Positions 1 to 13,021 of a DNA stretch of 64,000 nt are shown piece by piece. Under the pieces are notes generated by a model. That model worked only from the letters and a program-made list of their open reading frames with translations, did no database searches and had not been told where the DNA came from. Location of the stretch: contig NC_043007.1 of assembly GCF_006345805.1 (NCBI RefSeq), forward strand, positions 33,790,001-33,854,000, written 5' to 3'. How positions within the stretch are numbered: position 1 is the stretch's first letter; the number at the start of each line of letters is the position of its first letter. Position numbers and translations under genes: made by a program. This DNA is from Octopus sinensis. Its lineage: Eukaryota.

Positions 1-1615
1 TTGCCAATGTCCAGCGACGTGAGGACCAAAGAACTGAGGTATTTCGTATTGCTAGACAGTGTGTCAGAGAAAATAGTGATGTTACAGGGGAGAAATGTGT
101 CCGCATGGATGATGGGGCACTTGCTTTTATTGTTGGTGAAAAGAAAGAGGCTTGGAGAAGCCATTATGAAAGACTGTTGAATGTGGAGAATGAATGAGAG
201 GGACCAGCTATCCAAATAGACAGCTCCCTTGTAGTTAAGGCAATTAAGGATATGAAACCAGGTAAAGCCCCCGGCCCATCATGAATCACTGCTGAGATGC
301 TTAAAACAGCTGGTTATGCGGGCTATGGCCTAGTCACCCGTATTGTTAACCAGGTAGTTCATAATGGAGTCATACCCAATGACTGGCGTAGCAGCACCAT
401 AGTCAACTACTACAAGGGTAAGGGTGATGCTCTAGATAGAAATAACTACAGGGGTATTAAACTGTTGGATCAGGTGATGAAGGCCACAGAGAGGGTCATA
501 ACCCATCTCATTAGGGAGAGAATTTGCTTAGATGAGATGCAGTTCGGTTTTGTGTCGGGTAGAAGCACCACTGATGCTAGATTCCTGGTCCGACAACTGC
601 TGGAGAAATACCTAGCTAAAGATAACCCCTCTACATAGCTTTTGTGGACTTGGAGAAAGCCTTTGACAGGGTTCCCCGATCCCTTATCTGGTGGTCGATG
701 CGGAAACTGTTGATTCACGAATGGCTAATAAGGGCTGTACAGGCTCTATACAGAGAGGCTGTCAGCAAGGTTAGGATTGGCAACGAATATAGTGAAGAAT
801 TCCGGGTAGAAGTAGGTGTACACCAGGGCTCAGCCCTCAGTCCCCTTTTATTCATCATAGTCATCCAGGCAATAACAGAGGAATTCAAAACAGGTTGCCC
901 CTGGGAGCTCCTCTATGCTGATGACCTGGCCCTCATAGCAGAATCGCTACCGGAACTAAAAAAGAAATTTCGGGTGTGGAAACAAGGGTTGAATCAAAGG
1001 GCCTTAGAGTAAATGTAGCGAAGAACAAAGTTATAGTATGCAGAAAGGCGAACTCAGCACACACCCCATCGGGCAGGTGGCCCTGCTCGAGCTGTAGGAA
1101 AGGTGTAGGTAGAAACTCCATAAGATGCACCCAATGTAAGCTATGGACGCACAAGAGGTGCAGCAACATTAAAGGGAAATTAACAGATAAGATAGCTTTC
1201 ATGTGCGGCAGATGCACAGGGACAATAGACACCACAGACACTCAGAAAACAGATTCCATCACTCCAGGGAGAGAAACTAGAAGTAGTTGATAGTTTCCGC
1301 TACCTGGGTGACCAAGTTAGTAGTGGGGTGGATGCTCAGAGAGTGTCACCACTAGAACACGAATAGCCTGGGCAAAGTTTAGAAAGCTGCTACCCCTACT
1401 GGCGACAAAGGGTCTCTCACTCAGAGTGAAAGGTAGATTGTATGATGCATGTGTGCGAACTGCCATGCTTCACGGCAGTGAAACATGGGCCGTGACTGCA
1501 GAGGACATGCGTAGACTTGAAAGAAATGAAGCTAGCATGATCCGCTGGATGTGTAATGTCAGTGTGAATGCACGACAGAGTGTAAGCACCCTGAGAGAAA
1601 TGCTAGGCATAAGAA
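1..1615 (+). mobile_element. RTE-clade LINE, decayed ORF2 (RT), 5' portion; runs off the window start and is interrupted at 1615 by a nested LINE
   Basis: Broken ORFs 297-638, 644-1012, 976-1290 and 1426-1615 carry RT motifs (KGDALDRNNYRGIKLL, QFGF, DLEKAFDRVPR, GVHQGSALSPLLF, LLYADDL) and the RTE-type C-terminal region (LYDACVRTAMLHGSETW). Confidence 0.92.
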
Positions 1616-4600
1616 TCCGTGGCTTCCCTAAATCGCAACTCTGTGCCACGGGAGAGTTTTAGCCTCCGCGATGATGGGCAGATCTGGACATTCGTCAAGT
1701 CTGGTGAGTCGTGGATAAGGGATGCCAGTTGGACTGAGCAGACTACACCCACAACAACAACTGGCAATGCAAAAATCTTGGGGAAACTAACCAAGAACAA
1801 TCAGCCATCCCCTGTATATCATCATCTGAAATCCAGATATAAACTGCTGTCCTTGAATGCCCGTAGTTTATGCAACAAGGTGCATCTTTTTGTCTCCTAC
1901 GTCAAAAGTATCAACCCAGATTTCATCACAGTCACGGAAACGTGGGCACACTCTGCACTCTGTGATGGAGTTTTCAGCATAGCCGGCTACAACCTGTTCC
2001 GCAAAGACCGCATTAATCGCCGTGGAGGGGGTGTGATGATTTATGTTCGATCAAGTCTTTCGGCAATCCCCTGTGATGATTTGAACCAATCTCAGCAGGA
2101 GGTATTTTTCTGCAATGTACACATGACCATGTCAACACTTCTGCTCGGAGTCGTTTACCGTCCTCCAAATTATCGCCAAGACGCACAGCTTTTTGATCTC
2201 CTCAGGGCGGCTGCCATGAAAACAGCCACATATGTGTATGTTGCGGGGGACTTCAATTTCCCTGAGATTGACTGGGAGGCCTTCCGTTGGCCGCAAAGTG
2301 CAGACGATTTTCTTGAACTGGTGCTGAATTCGAATTGGTCCCAAGTTGTTACCTCCCCCCCACAAGAGGTAACAACACTTTGGATCTGCTACTAACCGCT
2401 TCTCCTGAAACAATCATTAGTGTCGCTACCGAAGAACCTTTGGGTGACTCTGATCATTCCATGATCATGGCCGACTTGTCTCTGATTGGTTGTAACAAAA
2501 AACACAACCATCTTCAGATTGCCCGCTTTGACTGGAATAAAGCAAACTGGAGCTCTTATTGTACTGAGCTGCAACGCCAAAACTGGCGCGAGTTTTATGC
2601 CTCTGGAGATGTGGACACTATACTCCAGAACATTCTGAATTCAATATGGGCAGCATGTGCAGCATCAGTACCACGCAAGCACAAAAAACCACCCAATAGT
2701 GCAATTTGAGAGACTGCAGTCCGACTTGCCAGGAAAGAACGCCGTAATGCTGAACGGGAATACAAATTGCATAAATCAGAGAGCAACAGGAAAAAGCGCA
2801 ATAGGTCAGCCAACCACCTCAAGCAGGTGACAAAAAAGGCAGTGCTTGAATTTGAACAACGCATTGCAGCTAACCCTGACAGCAAAGGGTTCTGGAAGTA
2901 TGTGCACTCAAAGCAGAGACCCCACTCTCCTGTTGGTCCCCTTCGCAATCCCCACACAGGACAGATTACTGGCAATCCCGAAGAATGTGCAGAAATCATT
3001 GCTGGATGCTATGCCGGCATCTTTACTGTCGAAGACCAAAATGTTCCATCATCATCACCACTGACATCGGACTCTATATCTTCTATGCAATTTACACCAG
3101 CAATGCTGCAACGCCACCTAAAGAATAAACGCAATTATGCCTCTCCTGGTCTCAATGGTGTTACATACCTACTTCTCAAACGCAGTGGGTACTTTCTTCT
3201 ATGCCAACTTTCTCTATTCTTCCAATTCTGTCTCGACAATGGTGTTACTCCAGAACAGTGGAAAACTGCCAGTGTCATCCCTCTGTTAAAAAAAGGCGAC
3301 CGCACATCGCCTGTCAACTATCGCCCCGTCAGTCTTACTAGCTGCATCGCCAAACTGATGGAATCCTGTATCAGAGAAACCCTCTGGAACTTCTGGAAGT
3401 CTCACAGCCTCAGCCAGCCGTCACAATTCGGATTTATTCCTAACTCCAGCTGCTGTAATCAACTCATCGAGTTTCTTGAGGACGTTACCCAAATCACTGA
3501 TCGCGGATCCTGGGTGGATGTTGTTTACCTGGACTTTGCTAAGGCTTTTAACTCTGTGCCACACAAAAGACTTATGGTGAAGCTTTCTGCGTTGGGTGTA
3601 AGAGACGAACTCTATAACTATAACTGGTTAAAGTCCTTTATTTTCGGCCGAAAAGAGTTGTCACAGTTCTAGGACAGCACTCTTCGCCCTATGAGATGAC
3701 ATCTGGTGTGCCGCAGGGATCTGTTCTTGGCCCTCTTTTATTTGTTGCATATGTTAATGACATAGATGCCAACTTAAAGAATGCCACAGTGCTGAAATAT
3801 GCAGATGACATCAAGCTGTACCTCCAAATAAAGAGGTCAAATCCTGTACACTATGGATCTCTATTGCAAGCAGACCTGGACACAATGCAGCAGTGGATCA
3901 TGGACTGGCAACTGAAGCTGGCTGTGGACAAATGTACCACCATGCATTTTGGGAGGAGAAACCCAGCGTCCACCTACTCCCTCCACAACACTAGTCTCAA
4001 AAAGTCTTCAAGTGAACGTGACCTGGGTGTTATTGTCGACAGTGATTTGCGTTGGACAAAACACATCGCTAAAATTGTCAAGAAGGCTGAGGGTGTCTTG
4101 GCATCACTCACCAAATCCTTTGTGAGCCGCTCTCCGGCTATCTATCTGCGGCTTTATATAGCTATGGTAAGACCTCACCTGGAATTTGCATCACCGGTCT
4201 GGAACCCTTATCTTGCCCAGGACATCAATCGTCTAGAAGCTGTTCAGCGACGTGCAACCAAAAGAATACCCTCCATCAGGCATTTGCCATATCCTGAACG
4301 CCTTACTTCCCTGGGCATGGACACATTAAAACTCCGACGTCTGGCAGCTGACTTGGCAGACACCCATAAAATTATCAACCATCGCACAAACAATAACTCT
4401 GAGCACCTCTTCAAACTCCACCCATCTAACACCCGTGGACATATTTACAAAGTAAGAAAACAGCACAGCTCCCATGACTTCAGGAAACATTTTTTCACGC
4501 TGAGAGTTGCTGAAGCGTGGAACAAACTGCCGGCATCGGTTGTTAGTTGTCGGAGCACTGCATCCTTCAAAACTTCCATGCTTCCTGAGATTCGCCAACA

Positions 4601-4745
4601 CTACACTTGATTTTCTCCCCTCCATACACACACAAGCATGTTCACTTTCCAGACATTTCTACATTGCTGCATGTACTTTATATGCACTTTCTGACAAGTT
4701 GTGGTGCACCTGAGCACTGTATACAATAATTTCATTATTATTATT
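1616..4745 (+). mobile_element. CR1-type (Jockey superfamily) LINE, 5'-truncated, nested in the RTE element
   Basis: Flanked by a direct repeat ATAAGAA (1609-1615 and 4746-4752) and ends in an (ATT)n tail. Removing it restores the host RTE frame. Confidence 0.92.
1619..4610 (+). pseudogene. ORF2 of the nested CR1-type LINE: APE endonuclease + RT, with about 3 lesions
   Basis: APE motifs NARSL, ITVTETW, GGGVMIYV, GDFNFPEIDW, LDLLL, SDH. RT motifs YRPVSLTS, YLDFAKAFNSVPH, SGVPQGSVLGPLLF, KYADDIK. CR1-like C-terminus RGH...RKHFFTLRVAEAWNKLP. Lesions: frameshift in the C-run near 2355, in-frame TGA at 2707-2709, frameshift near 3655-3670. Confidence 0.9.
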
Positions 4746-5405
4746 ATAAGAAGCATCAGATGCGGTGTGCAAGAGCGACGCTTGCGATGGTATGGTCATG
4801 TACTGCGGATGGATAAGGAGAGATGTGTGAAGAAGTGCCACTCCCGAACAGTTGAAGGAATCAGGGGGAGAGGTAGACCCAGGAAGACATGGGATGAGGT
4901 AGGCAAGCATGACCTCAGAGCGTTGGGCCTCACTGAGGCAATGGCGAAGGACTGAGATCTCTGGAGATGTGCTGTGACTACTAAGACCCGTGATGCTTCC
5001 GGCACCAGTTCCGCATACCCCCTGCCCATTCAAAGTACCTTGGATCCCGGAACATCTCACTGTGCTTGAGGAGACCTGTTGAGTCAAGTGCATGTACATG
5101 AACATCAAACCAAATATCAATGGAAACAGTAGTTGTGATACCTGTGCCGGTGACACATAAAAAGCACCATCCGAACGTGGCCGATGCCAGACCCCTCTGG
5201 CACCTGTGCCAATGGCACATAAAAAGTACCCACTACACTCACGGAGTGGTTGGCATTATGAAGGGCATCCAGCTGTAGAAACACTGCCAGATCAGACTGG
5301 AGCCTGGTGCAGCCTTCTGGCTTCCCAGATCCCGGTTGAACCGTCCAACCCATGCTAGCATGGAAAACGGACGTTAACGATGATGATGATGATGATGATG
5401 ATGAT
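4746..5405 (+). mobile_element. 3' end of the RTE LINE (ORF2 C-terminus, 3' UTR, (GAT)n tail)
   Basis: RRLRWYGHVLRMD...GRGRPRKTW continues the ORF from 1615. Ends CCATGCTAGCATGGAAAACGGACGTTAAC(GAT)n. Confidence 0.9.
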
Positions 5406-5587
5406 ACACCGAGTAAAAAATTTCAGTTATCTCTCTCTTTCACACATTACTCTCTCTGTCTCTTCACACACACACTAACAGGGCTTGATGATTGTGTTGG
5501 CATCTTGAGAGGGGTTCCAGGGAAACAAGGTGTGGTTTAGGAACCCGAGGATGTACCTCATGAAACACGTGTTGCCAAAGAATAAAA

Positions 5588-5830
5588 CAGTAATTTATTT
5601 ATGTATTTTTTGGTATACAACCTGCCATTAACCCCTTTCTTATAAAATAGTTGAAGAATCTGGGGTGTAGGAATTGGGACAGTATTGGAACTTTTAACTT
5701 CTTGCTCTCTATCTTAAGATCTCCAAAATTTAAGAATCTTGTGTTAACTGGGCTCTTATTATTTACTCTGACTCTGCCACCACCTCAATGCAAAGACTAT
5801 CAATATCAGAATCATCTTCACAACCACTAC
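5588..5830. repeat. Dispersed inverted duplication, copy 1 (partner 15195-15460)
   Basis: About 240 bp, nearly identical to the reverse complement of 15195-15460. Confidence 0.85.
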
Positions 5831-6054
5831 TGAGACATCCTAACATAATCAATGCCACTACTTCTATCATCATCATTATCATCATCATCCACTTCCGCCA
5901 CCACCACCCACACCACCTCTGCAAAAACACCAACACTATAATTGCTGCCATCATACACATCCACTGTCAACACTACACCACCACCACCACTGCCATGATA
6001 ACCACATCTACCACCTCCAACACCATTGCCACCACTATCTATGAGACATCCTAA
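5831..6054. repeat. Degenerate (CAT)/(CAC) low-complexity tract flanked by the 13-bp direct repeat TGAGACATCCTAA
   Basis: Direct repeat at 5831-5843 and 6042-6054. Confidence 0.6.
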
Positions 6055-7914
6055 GTTAGATACTACTTTCACTTTCTAGTTGGTCTTTGAGTCCATTTTA
6101 TCTAATCTATCTCTCTAAAAGATGCAAACCAAGTAGCATTAAATGGAGAATGGATGTGAGCAGAAAGAGAGTAAGTTCTATTCCAGTTTACAACAATTAT
6201 AGAATTATTCTCAAACCATAAATGAAGGGTGGAGAGGAGTGAAGGAGGAGTCATGTTTCCTCCGAGAGGTTACAGAAGTATTATTACACTGTTGTTAGAA
6301 TAGCTGTGGAAAATGTAAGTTGAAATCAAATTTGATGCTAAATTCTTTTATAGTCATGTTCCCAAGTAAATAAACATAATCAATTTGAACAGTCTGAGTA
6401 AAATAACTACTTTCTTGAATTATTAATCAGGTGTTTGGATCAACAAAATTATGAGATAAAGGTGAGAAGGTCAGTAGAGTGTCTATCTGCTTGTAACTAT
6501 GTAGACACTTAAAATAATGAGTGAAAGCATGATATACATTACTAAGTCATACTCGCTTGCAGGCAGTCACTATGATTTTTTTTATCTGCTTATATATATG
6601 CAATGAAGCATTGATGTTTCATTGTATATTTGGACATAACAATTAATTCTTCATCGTCAAACTGTCCAACCCATGCCAGCATGAAACATGGATGTTAAAT
6701 GATGTTGACTACATGATGACACTTCACATTATTGAAACATTGGGAATAAGAACTAGATCATCTGATGATGTTAACACATGACAGAGTGGCTTCCTCTCCA
6801 TGTAGCAAGGAAGATTTTAATTGATATGTTTCTCCTTTTAGCATTTAAACCGGCCATATCTGGCCCAAATATTCTACCTGTTTTATGTTCAAACCGGTCA
6901 GGCCTGGCCTCTAGAAAGTCAATCTAAAAATAAGCAATCAGATCAATTAAATCTCAAGGTGATATCAGAGATCTTTTAAATTGAATTACATCACTTTTAA
7001 TATTAAAACAATCTACTGTAACAATGTTAAACAAAATAATTGCATTCTTATTTGAACTAAAATCCATCATTCTCAGTATCATAAATAAAGGTGCCAGTCG
7101 CACCTCAGTGCTTACATGTTTGTCTTGTCTAATAAATAGAAGATTACTGAACATAAGACACTTGGGTCACTCAGCCAAGTTTCGTCTGAGCAATATATGT
7201 GAAAGTTCTGGAAATTTGTGACCTTTTTGTATTTCAAATAACGTGCAAGTCTGAGAATAATATACATTGTTGGATACAGACATACAAGTAAACTTATATA
7301 TTTTAGATTTTCTCAAAAAGTCTAACAATTGCTGACTAATATAACTAGCTTCTCTATTACTGCCTGTGTCTCTCCTCTCTTTTTGTTATTCTATCTACAG
7401 ATAGGTTTGTATGTGTAGTTCTTATATATACACATTCATACATTACCTCTTTTACTTGTTTCAGTTATTGAACTGTGGCACCACCTTGAAAGGTTTAGTG
7501 AAACTAATTGCGCCCACTACATATTTTTAAGTTTGTTATTTATCAGTGTCGTTTGCTAAACCGTGAAGTTGCAAGGACATAAACAAAACAACACCAATTG
7601 TTAATTTGGGATAGGGACAAACACAAAGACATTGTCTATGATGCTACTGGATCAACTAAAATATGTTACCCCCTACTATATTATTGAATAGTTTTTCTCC
7701 TATTTGTTATACTAACTACACCCACCCTCACACACACAAAAACATTTTTGTAAGGTGGTTGGTGTTAAATCCAGACACAGAAACTTATGTTGCAAAGAGA
7801 AAGTATGAACAAAATGTAGTCCTGCAACTCAGTTGGGATTGGAGGTGGAGGTACTGGCTCAGTTCTGCCCAACTAATGCCAGCATAGAAAAGTGATGATA
7901 ATGCGGATCATGAA

Positions 7915-8305
7915 TATCATCATCATCGTTTAACGTCCGTTTTCCATGCTAGCATGGGTTGGACGGTTCAACCGGGATCTGGGAAGCCAGAAGGCTGCAC
8001 CAGGCTCCAGTCTCATCTGGCAGTGTTTCTACAGCTGGATGCCCTTCATAATGCCAACCACTCCGTGAGTGTAGTGGGTACTTTTTACGTGCCAGTGGCA
8101 CAGGTGCCAGGCGAGGCTGGCAATGGCCACGATTGGATTGGTGGTTTTTACATGCCACCAGCATGGAAGCCAGTGAAGGCGGCGCTGGCATTGGCCACAT
8201 CCGGACGGTGCTTTTGACATGCCACCGGCACAGGGATCACAACTACAATTTCCATTGATTTTTGATGTTGATGTACTTGACTCAATAGGTTTCCTCAAGC
8301 ACAGG
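7915..8305 (-). mobile_element. 5'-truncated copy of the RTE 3' UTR and tail (same family as 4955-5405)
   Basis: Reverse complement matches 5050-5400, including the CCATGCTAGCATGG hairpin and the GAT tail. Confidence 0.85.
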
Positions 8306-8544
8306 GTCGAATATATATTTTTAAATATTTTTTTGCAAACAACATGCAGATGCAAGTGTTACCTGTTGAAAGCCCTGCATACCAGATGCTAGCAAGTTTA
8401 TGGGGCCATTAGGAGAATACCTGCCATTTCGGGACCTATCTCTTGACAGCATCATTGGGCACCCCTCACTGAAATGAGACCCTGCTTGCTAGATCAACTG
8501 GTCATCAGGTTTCACTCAATATTCTTCTAGCCATTGCTCATCGT

Positions 8545-8805
8545 TGCTTTCTAACCAAATCCAGTGGTTTGCCTTTTCCAGTGTAGTTTGGATATTACTC
8601 CTAGTGGTATTTGCTTTGCGATGAATTAAGTCAATGATGGCAATAGTCACTTCACACTGTGTCCAACAAACCCTCTACATCCAACTTTGATTGAAAAATG
8701 CTCTGCTTTCCAGCCTGTGTCTTCACATTCCTCTAGGAGGTTTTCATAACAGCCAATCTTTTGAGCTTGAGCGGCATCCATGTTATCTTCATGAGCAACT
8801 CAACT
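8545..8805 (-). mobile_element. Decayed C-terminus of an RLE-type (R2/Hero-like) non-LTR element
   Basis: Manual minus-strand translation: HEDNMDAAQAQKIGCYENLLEECEDTGWKAEHFSIKVGCRGFVGHSV...EKANHWIW. This resembles the RLE domain pattern E-x-N...K..Y..L..EC...GW......EVG.RGF...W.W. Confidence 0.65.
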
Positions 8806-8843
8806 AGATTTACCATTTTCTTCTTTTACGTTTACGCCATATT

Positions 8844-8893
<50 letters not shown>

Positions 8894-9247
8894 ATATATA
8901 TCCTGATCATCATCACTTTTTGGTCCTGGCATCTGTTTGGCAAGACTGAGTTAGTTCTTATTGACATTTACTTCCCCATTCTACTACCTACCCCAACTAT
9001 ATTTTGGAGTTGACTACTTCAAGTTTCTTATTTCTTTGCATCCATCAATTAATGATAATATAGTATATCTTGTATATAATATACATATACATATATCAAA
9101 AGGAGATAAGAAAAAATTTTTGGTATTATTTATTCACCATTACACATGTTTCATTTACTAATAGGGGTTACAAAATTGTATTTAACAGAGAAACATGTAA
9201 GATATCTTCTGTTAGAAAGTCTTCTGACAGAAAATTAGAGAGTATTA

Positions 9248-10481
9248 TCATGCTGAGTAAAAAGTAAGCAACGTTTTGAAACATGAAATTCATCACAATA
9301 TATTTCAGCAATGTGGAAATTTTATTCATCAAAGTAAGTACCATTACAATCAACACATTTGTGCCAATGAGTTACAAGTTTGTTTATTCTGGTAACATAA
9401 AAATCTGGAGTTCTGGAGCTGATGAACTCCTTGAACACAGTTTCAGCATCAGTTTGATTTTTGAACTCCTTCTCTTTCAGGAAACCATCAAGGTGCTTGA
9501 AAAAGTGGTAGTCGGTAGGAGAAAGGTCTGGGGAATAAGCTGGGTGGGGAAGAAATTCATAGCCAAGTTCCTTCAACTTTTGGAGCATCATTAGTGAAAT
9601 TTATGGTCGAGCATTGTTATGAAGAATGATTGGCCCTCTTCTGTTGACCAGTCTGGGACAGAGGACTAGCGGTTTTTCTTTCATTTTGGCAATTTCATGA
9701 CAATATGTTTCTGCAGTAATGTTTTTTCCAGATTTTAAAAAGTTATAATGGATGATTCCAAAAGTACACCACCAAGCAGTCACCATAACCTTCTTTTTGA
9801 AGAGCTTGGGTTTAGGGAAGGATTTTGGTGCTTCATTTTGCTCCAACCACTGCAAAGAACGTTTTTTATTGTACAGAATCCACTTTTCATTGCAAGTTAC
9901 AATATGGTCAAGAAATGGATTGGTCTGGTTGCGGAGAAGAAGCAATAAGCATTTTCTGATTTTCATTCAAATTTGTCGAGCTTTTTTGATTTTCTGATTG
10001 CAGGAAAATGGTTGCAGGCAGTTTTCTGACTAACTTGAAGTTCTTTTGCCAGTTCTCAAGTGGTTTTATATGGATCTTTCTCAATGACAGTCTCTACTTG
10101 ACTGTCATCGATGACAGATGGGCGTCCATAATGCTCACAATCTGCAAAATCATTTAAACCATTTTCAAGCTGACCTCTCACTGGTCATTTCCCCCCCCAA
10201 ATGTTTCATTGATATCATGAACAGTTTTAGCTGCTTTACATCCTTTTTTGAAGTTGAATTGCAAAACTGCTCAAATATCGCACTTTCACAGTTCCCTTTC
10301 AGATGATTGTATGAATGGGGAAAAAAAATATAAATGTTAATTTATTGATGCATTTGGGTAAGTTTATATCTGTATTATCAGACAACTGCAAAAAAATGTT
10401 TAACAAAAATTCAAAACCCTGCAAAAATCTGGTACAAATTCTTCATGGTTCAAAACGTTGCTTATTTTTTATTCAATCTGA
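9248..10481 (-). mobile_element. Full-length decayed mariner (Tc1/mariner) transposon
   Basis: Imperfect TIRs of about 40 bp (9248-9287 TCATGCTGAGTAAAAAGTAAGCAACGTTTTGAAACATGAA; reverse complement at 10442-10481) and TA on both sides (9246-47, 10482-83). Transposase fragments contain VTCNEKW, HNNARP and YSPDLSPTDYHFF. Confidence 0.92.
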
Positions 10482-10785
10482 TAATTGATTCGCTGTCTGA
10501 GGAGTTTTTAATAAGAGATATTTTATAATTTTCTCTTACATGTATAATATTCTAACTCGTACTAGCAAATGAAACATGTGCAATGGTGAATAAATAATAC
10601 TAAAAATATTTTCCACTCTACTGTTTTGATGCGTAATTACTCTGCAAATATTATTTTCCAATATTTTTCTACTCTTATACATACCTCACACAATATAACA
10701 TCTACATACAATATTGGCATACTGGAATATACAGGTGTGCTTCACGAGGACACGGCTTCGATTACAAGCCTATCTACATACTATA

Positions 10786-10850
<65 letters not shown>

Positions 10851-11379
10851 TGCACGCATACATATGTACAGAAGACTGATAGAAGGCACAGGCACGTAGT
10901 TCCCTTCTTAATCATATGGTTTTGAGCTCAGTCCCAGTGCATGGCAAACTTCGCCAAGTATCACTTATGATAGCCAAGATTGACCAAATCCTTGTGAGTG
11001 AATTTGATAGATGGAACCTGTAAGAAATCTATCTATATATATGTGTGTATATCTGTTTATGTTTGTGCTCTATAAAAGTTGCAAGCTACAAGGTTTGCTG
11101 TTGTCATTTCTCTGGTTGACAAATTGTCTGCTTACTTCAAGCCTTTCAAGACATGTGTAACTAAGAGATTCCTTATTTAAAACACAGTCAAGTGTTAATG
11201 ACAGGAAAGGCATCTGGTTGTGAAAGAATACTTCAATCATTTTTTAATTTAAAACATACTTGACTCGAAAAACATGTAAATCAAACAAGACATATTCAGA
11301 TACATACATGCATTTGATGATATTTATATGTATATATACATATGATATATGTATATATATGATTGAAATATATATGTAT

Positions 11380-11930
11380 CAGTCGTGGTGATATAATTTT
11401 ATTGACTTTTTGTGAAATGGCACATTTTAATATATTGGACTGTTCAATATATATGCCTGCTTTGAGTGTGAGTGTACATGTTGTGGTTTCTTGATGTTGG
11501 TTATGGAACTGTGGAGTTCAATATGGAACATTATTGTGTTTGTTGATGTATATTGATCTATATTGTTTATATTGTATTATTGTGTATATATATATATGTA
11601 AGAATATGAGTGTGTATGCACACATATTTATATTTATATGTAAATTTTTTTCATACTTGCATTAAATTCTCTGAAGAGGCCGTGAGATATTCTTGTTAAT
11701 GTCTCATTTATACCTGCTTTATATGGCTAATAGGTTAAATGGGACATACCTGTCTTCACGGCCGAAACAGCTGTCAGCTACAATGTAAATGTATTTCTAT
11801 GTCTTGTTATATTTGCACTATATTAATGTATAATATCATTGCTATTGTGTAGTGGTTTAATAAAGTATTGATTCGGTATTATCTGATGGTTGATGATTGA
11901 TTTGGATATATTTCTTTTCTCTTTTTATTA
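11380..11930 (+). mobile_element. Penelope-like terminal-repeat fragment carrying a hammerhead motif; diverged relative of the arms at 32384-37030
   Basis: Shares the HHR and a downstream block (AAAGTAT.GATT..GTAT.ATC.GAT.GTTGATG) with 36700-37020. Lies between (TA)-rich tracts. Boundaries approximate. Confidence 0.55.
11671..11775 (+). ncRNA. Hammerhead ribozyme motif (type I, minimal palindromic stem III, extended stem II)
   Basis: CTGAAGA (11671-77), GGCCGTG (11678-84), 72-nt insert, CACGGCC (11757-63), GAAA, C-AGCT-G, TC. Perfect 7-bp stem II. Predicted cleavage after GUC at 11775. Confidence 0.78.
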
Positions 11931-12199
11931 TATATTATATATATATGTGTGTGTATATATATATAATTATTTTCTTGTTAATTAATGATTCCTATCAATA
12001 TAAGTATTCCCCCACTACATGTCTACTATTACATGTCTTAAAAAAAAACAAAAATCTCATTGTTTTGGGCGAATGATTCAACCATTATGAAACCAGAGAT
12101 TTTTTACTGTTGTCTCTGAAGGCAGCTGTGCACCTCACCAACCCACCCATCCCACTTTACATGACACATTCACTTGAATTCTTTTATTTATTCTGATCT

Positions 12200-12560
12200 C
12201 CCACCCAAAGAATATTCATCCTAATAATTTCCATGACTTTTGTTTCGGGTGAACTTCTACTTAGAAGGAAATTCCATTTATGCATGTATGCATACATTTA
12301 CCCAGGAAAAGTCATTTAACATTGTCTTTACATTTGGATGTTTATCATTAAAAAATGTTTTGAAACCTAGAATTGTTTCTTCTTTTATTAATTTCAGTCA
12401 GTGTGCTATGACCATGCTCAGGCACTGTCTTTGGGTGTCTTTCATTGACCCTATCAATATTAGAGATAATTCCAAACATAGGGCAGGGTCCCATTTTAAC
12501 GATGCCTGTTCATTGAAAGTAACCTTTGATAGCCTAGTATACTAGAGTAGTAAACATGTA
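12200..12560 (-). pseudogene. Highly decayed Penelope-like RT fragment
   Basis: Minus-strand remnants across frameshifts: YFQ.TG..MG, FFNDKHPNVKT (cf. FN..HPNIKFT), FLG...NG. Confidence 0.4.
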
Positions 12561-13021
12561 AATGAACACACAAACACATCTTGCGGGCTTCTTCATAGAA
12601 TCATTCTCCTCCCAATTTGACTCACATGACATTGATCAACCTAAGACTACAGTAAAAGACACTTACCCAATATACCATACAGCATAATTGAACCCAGAAA
12701 CCCATGGGTGTGAAGCAAATTTTTCAACCATAAAGCTATCCTTTATATATATCTTTATAAAAATTCTTTTGTTTAAAAGAAAAAGATGAAAGCCTTTTAT
12801 TTTTTCTTCTTTATTATGAAAATGTCCTGCGTAAGTTATCTGGCGTTAATATTGGCTGGGGTTGGAAGTTTCTGGTACAAGAAAATTAAAGGGGATAAGT
12901 TCAGCTAGGAATATTATCTTTGTCACATATTCTACTGGAACTTGTAAATTATAACATGTTTCATGTAATAACAAAATTTGTAAATAATTTCAATATTCAT
13001 TTCATCCAGTATTGTTTAAAG

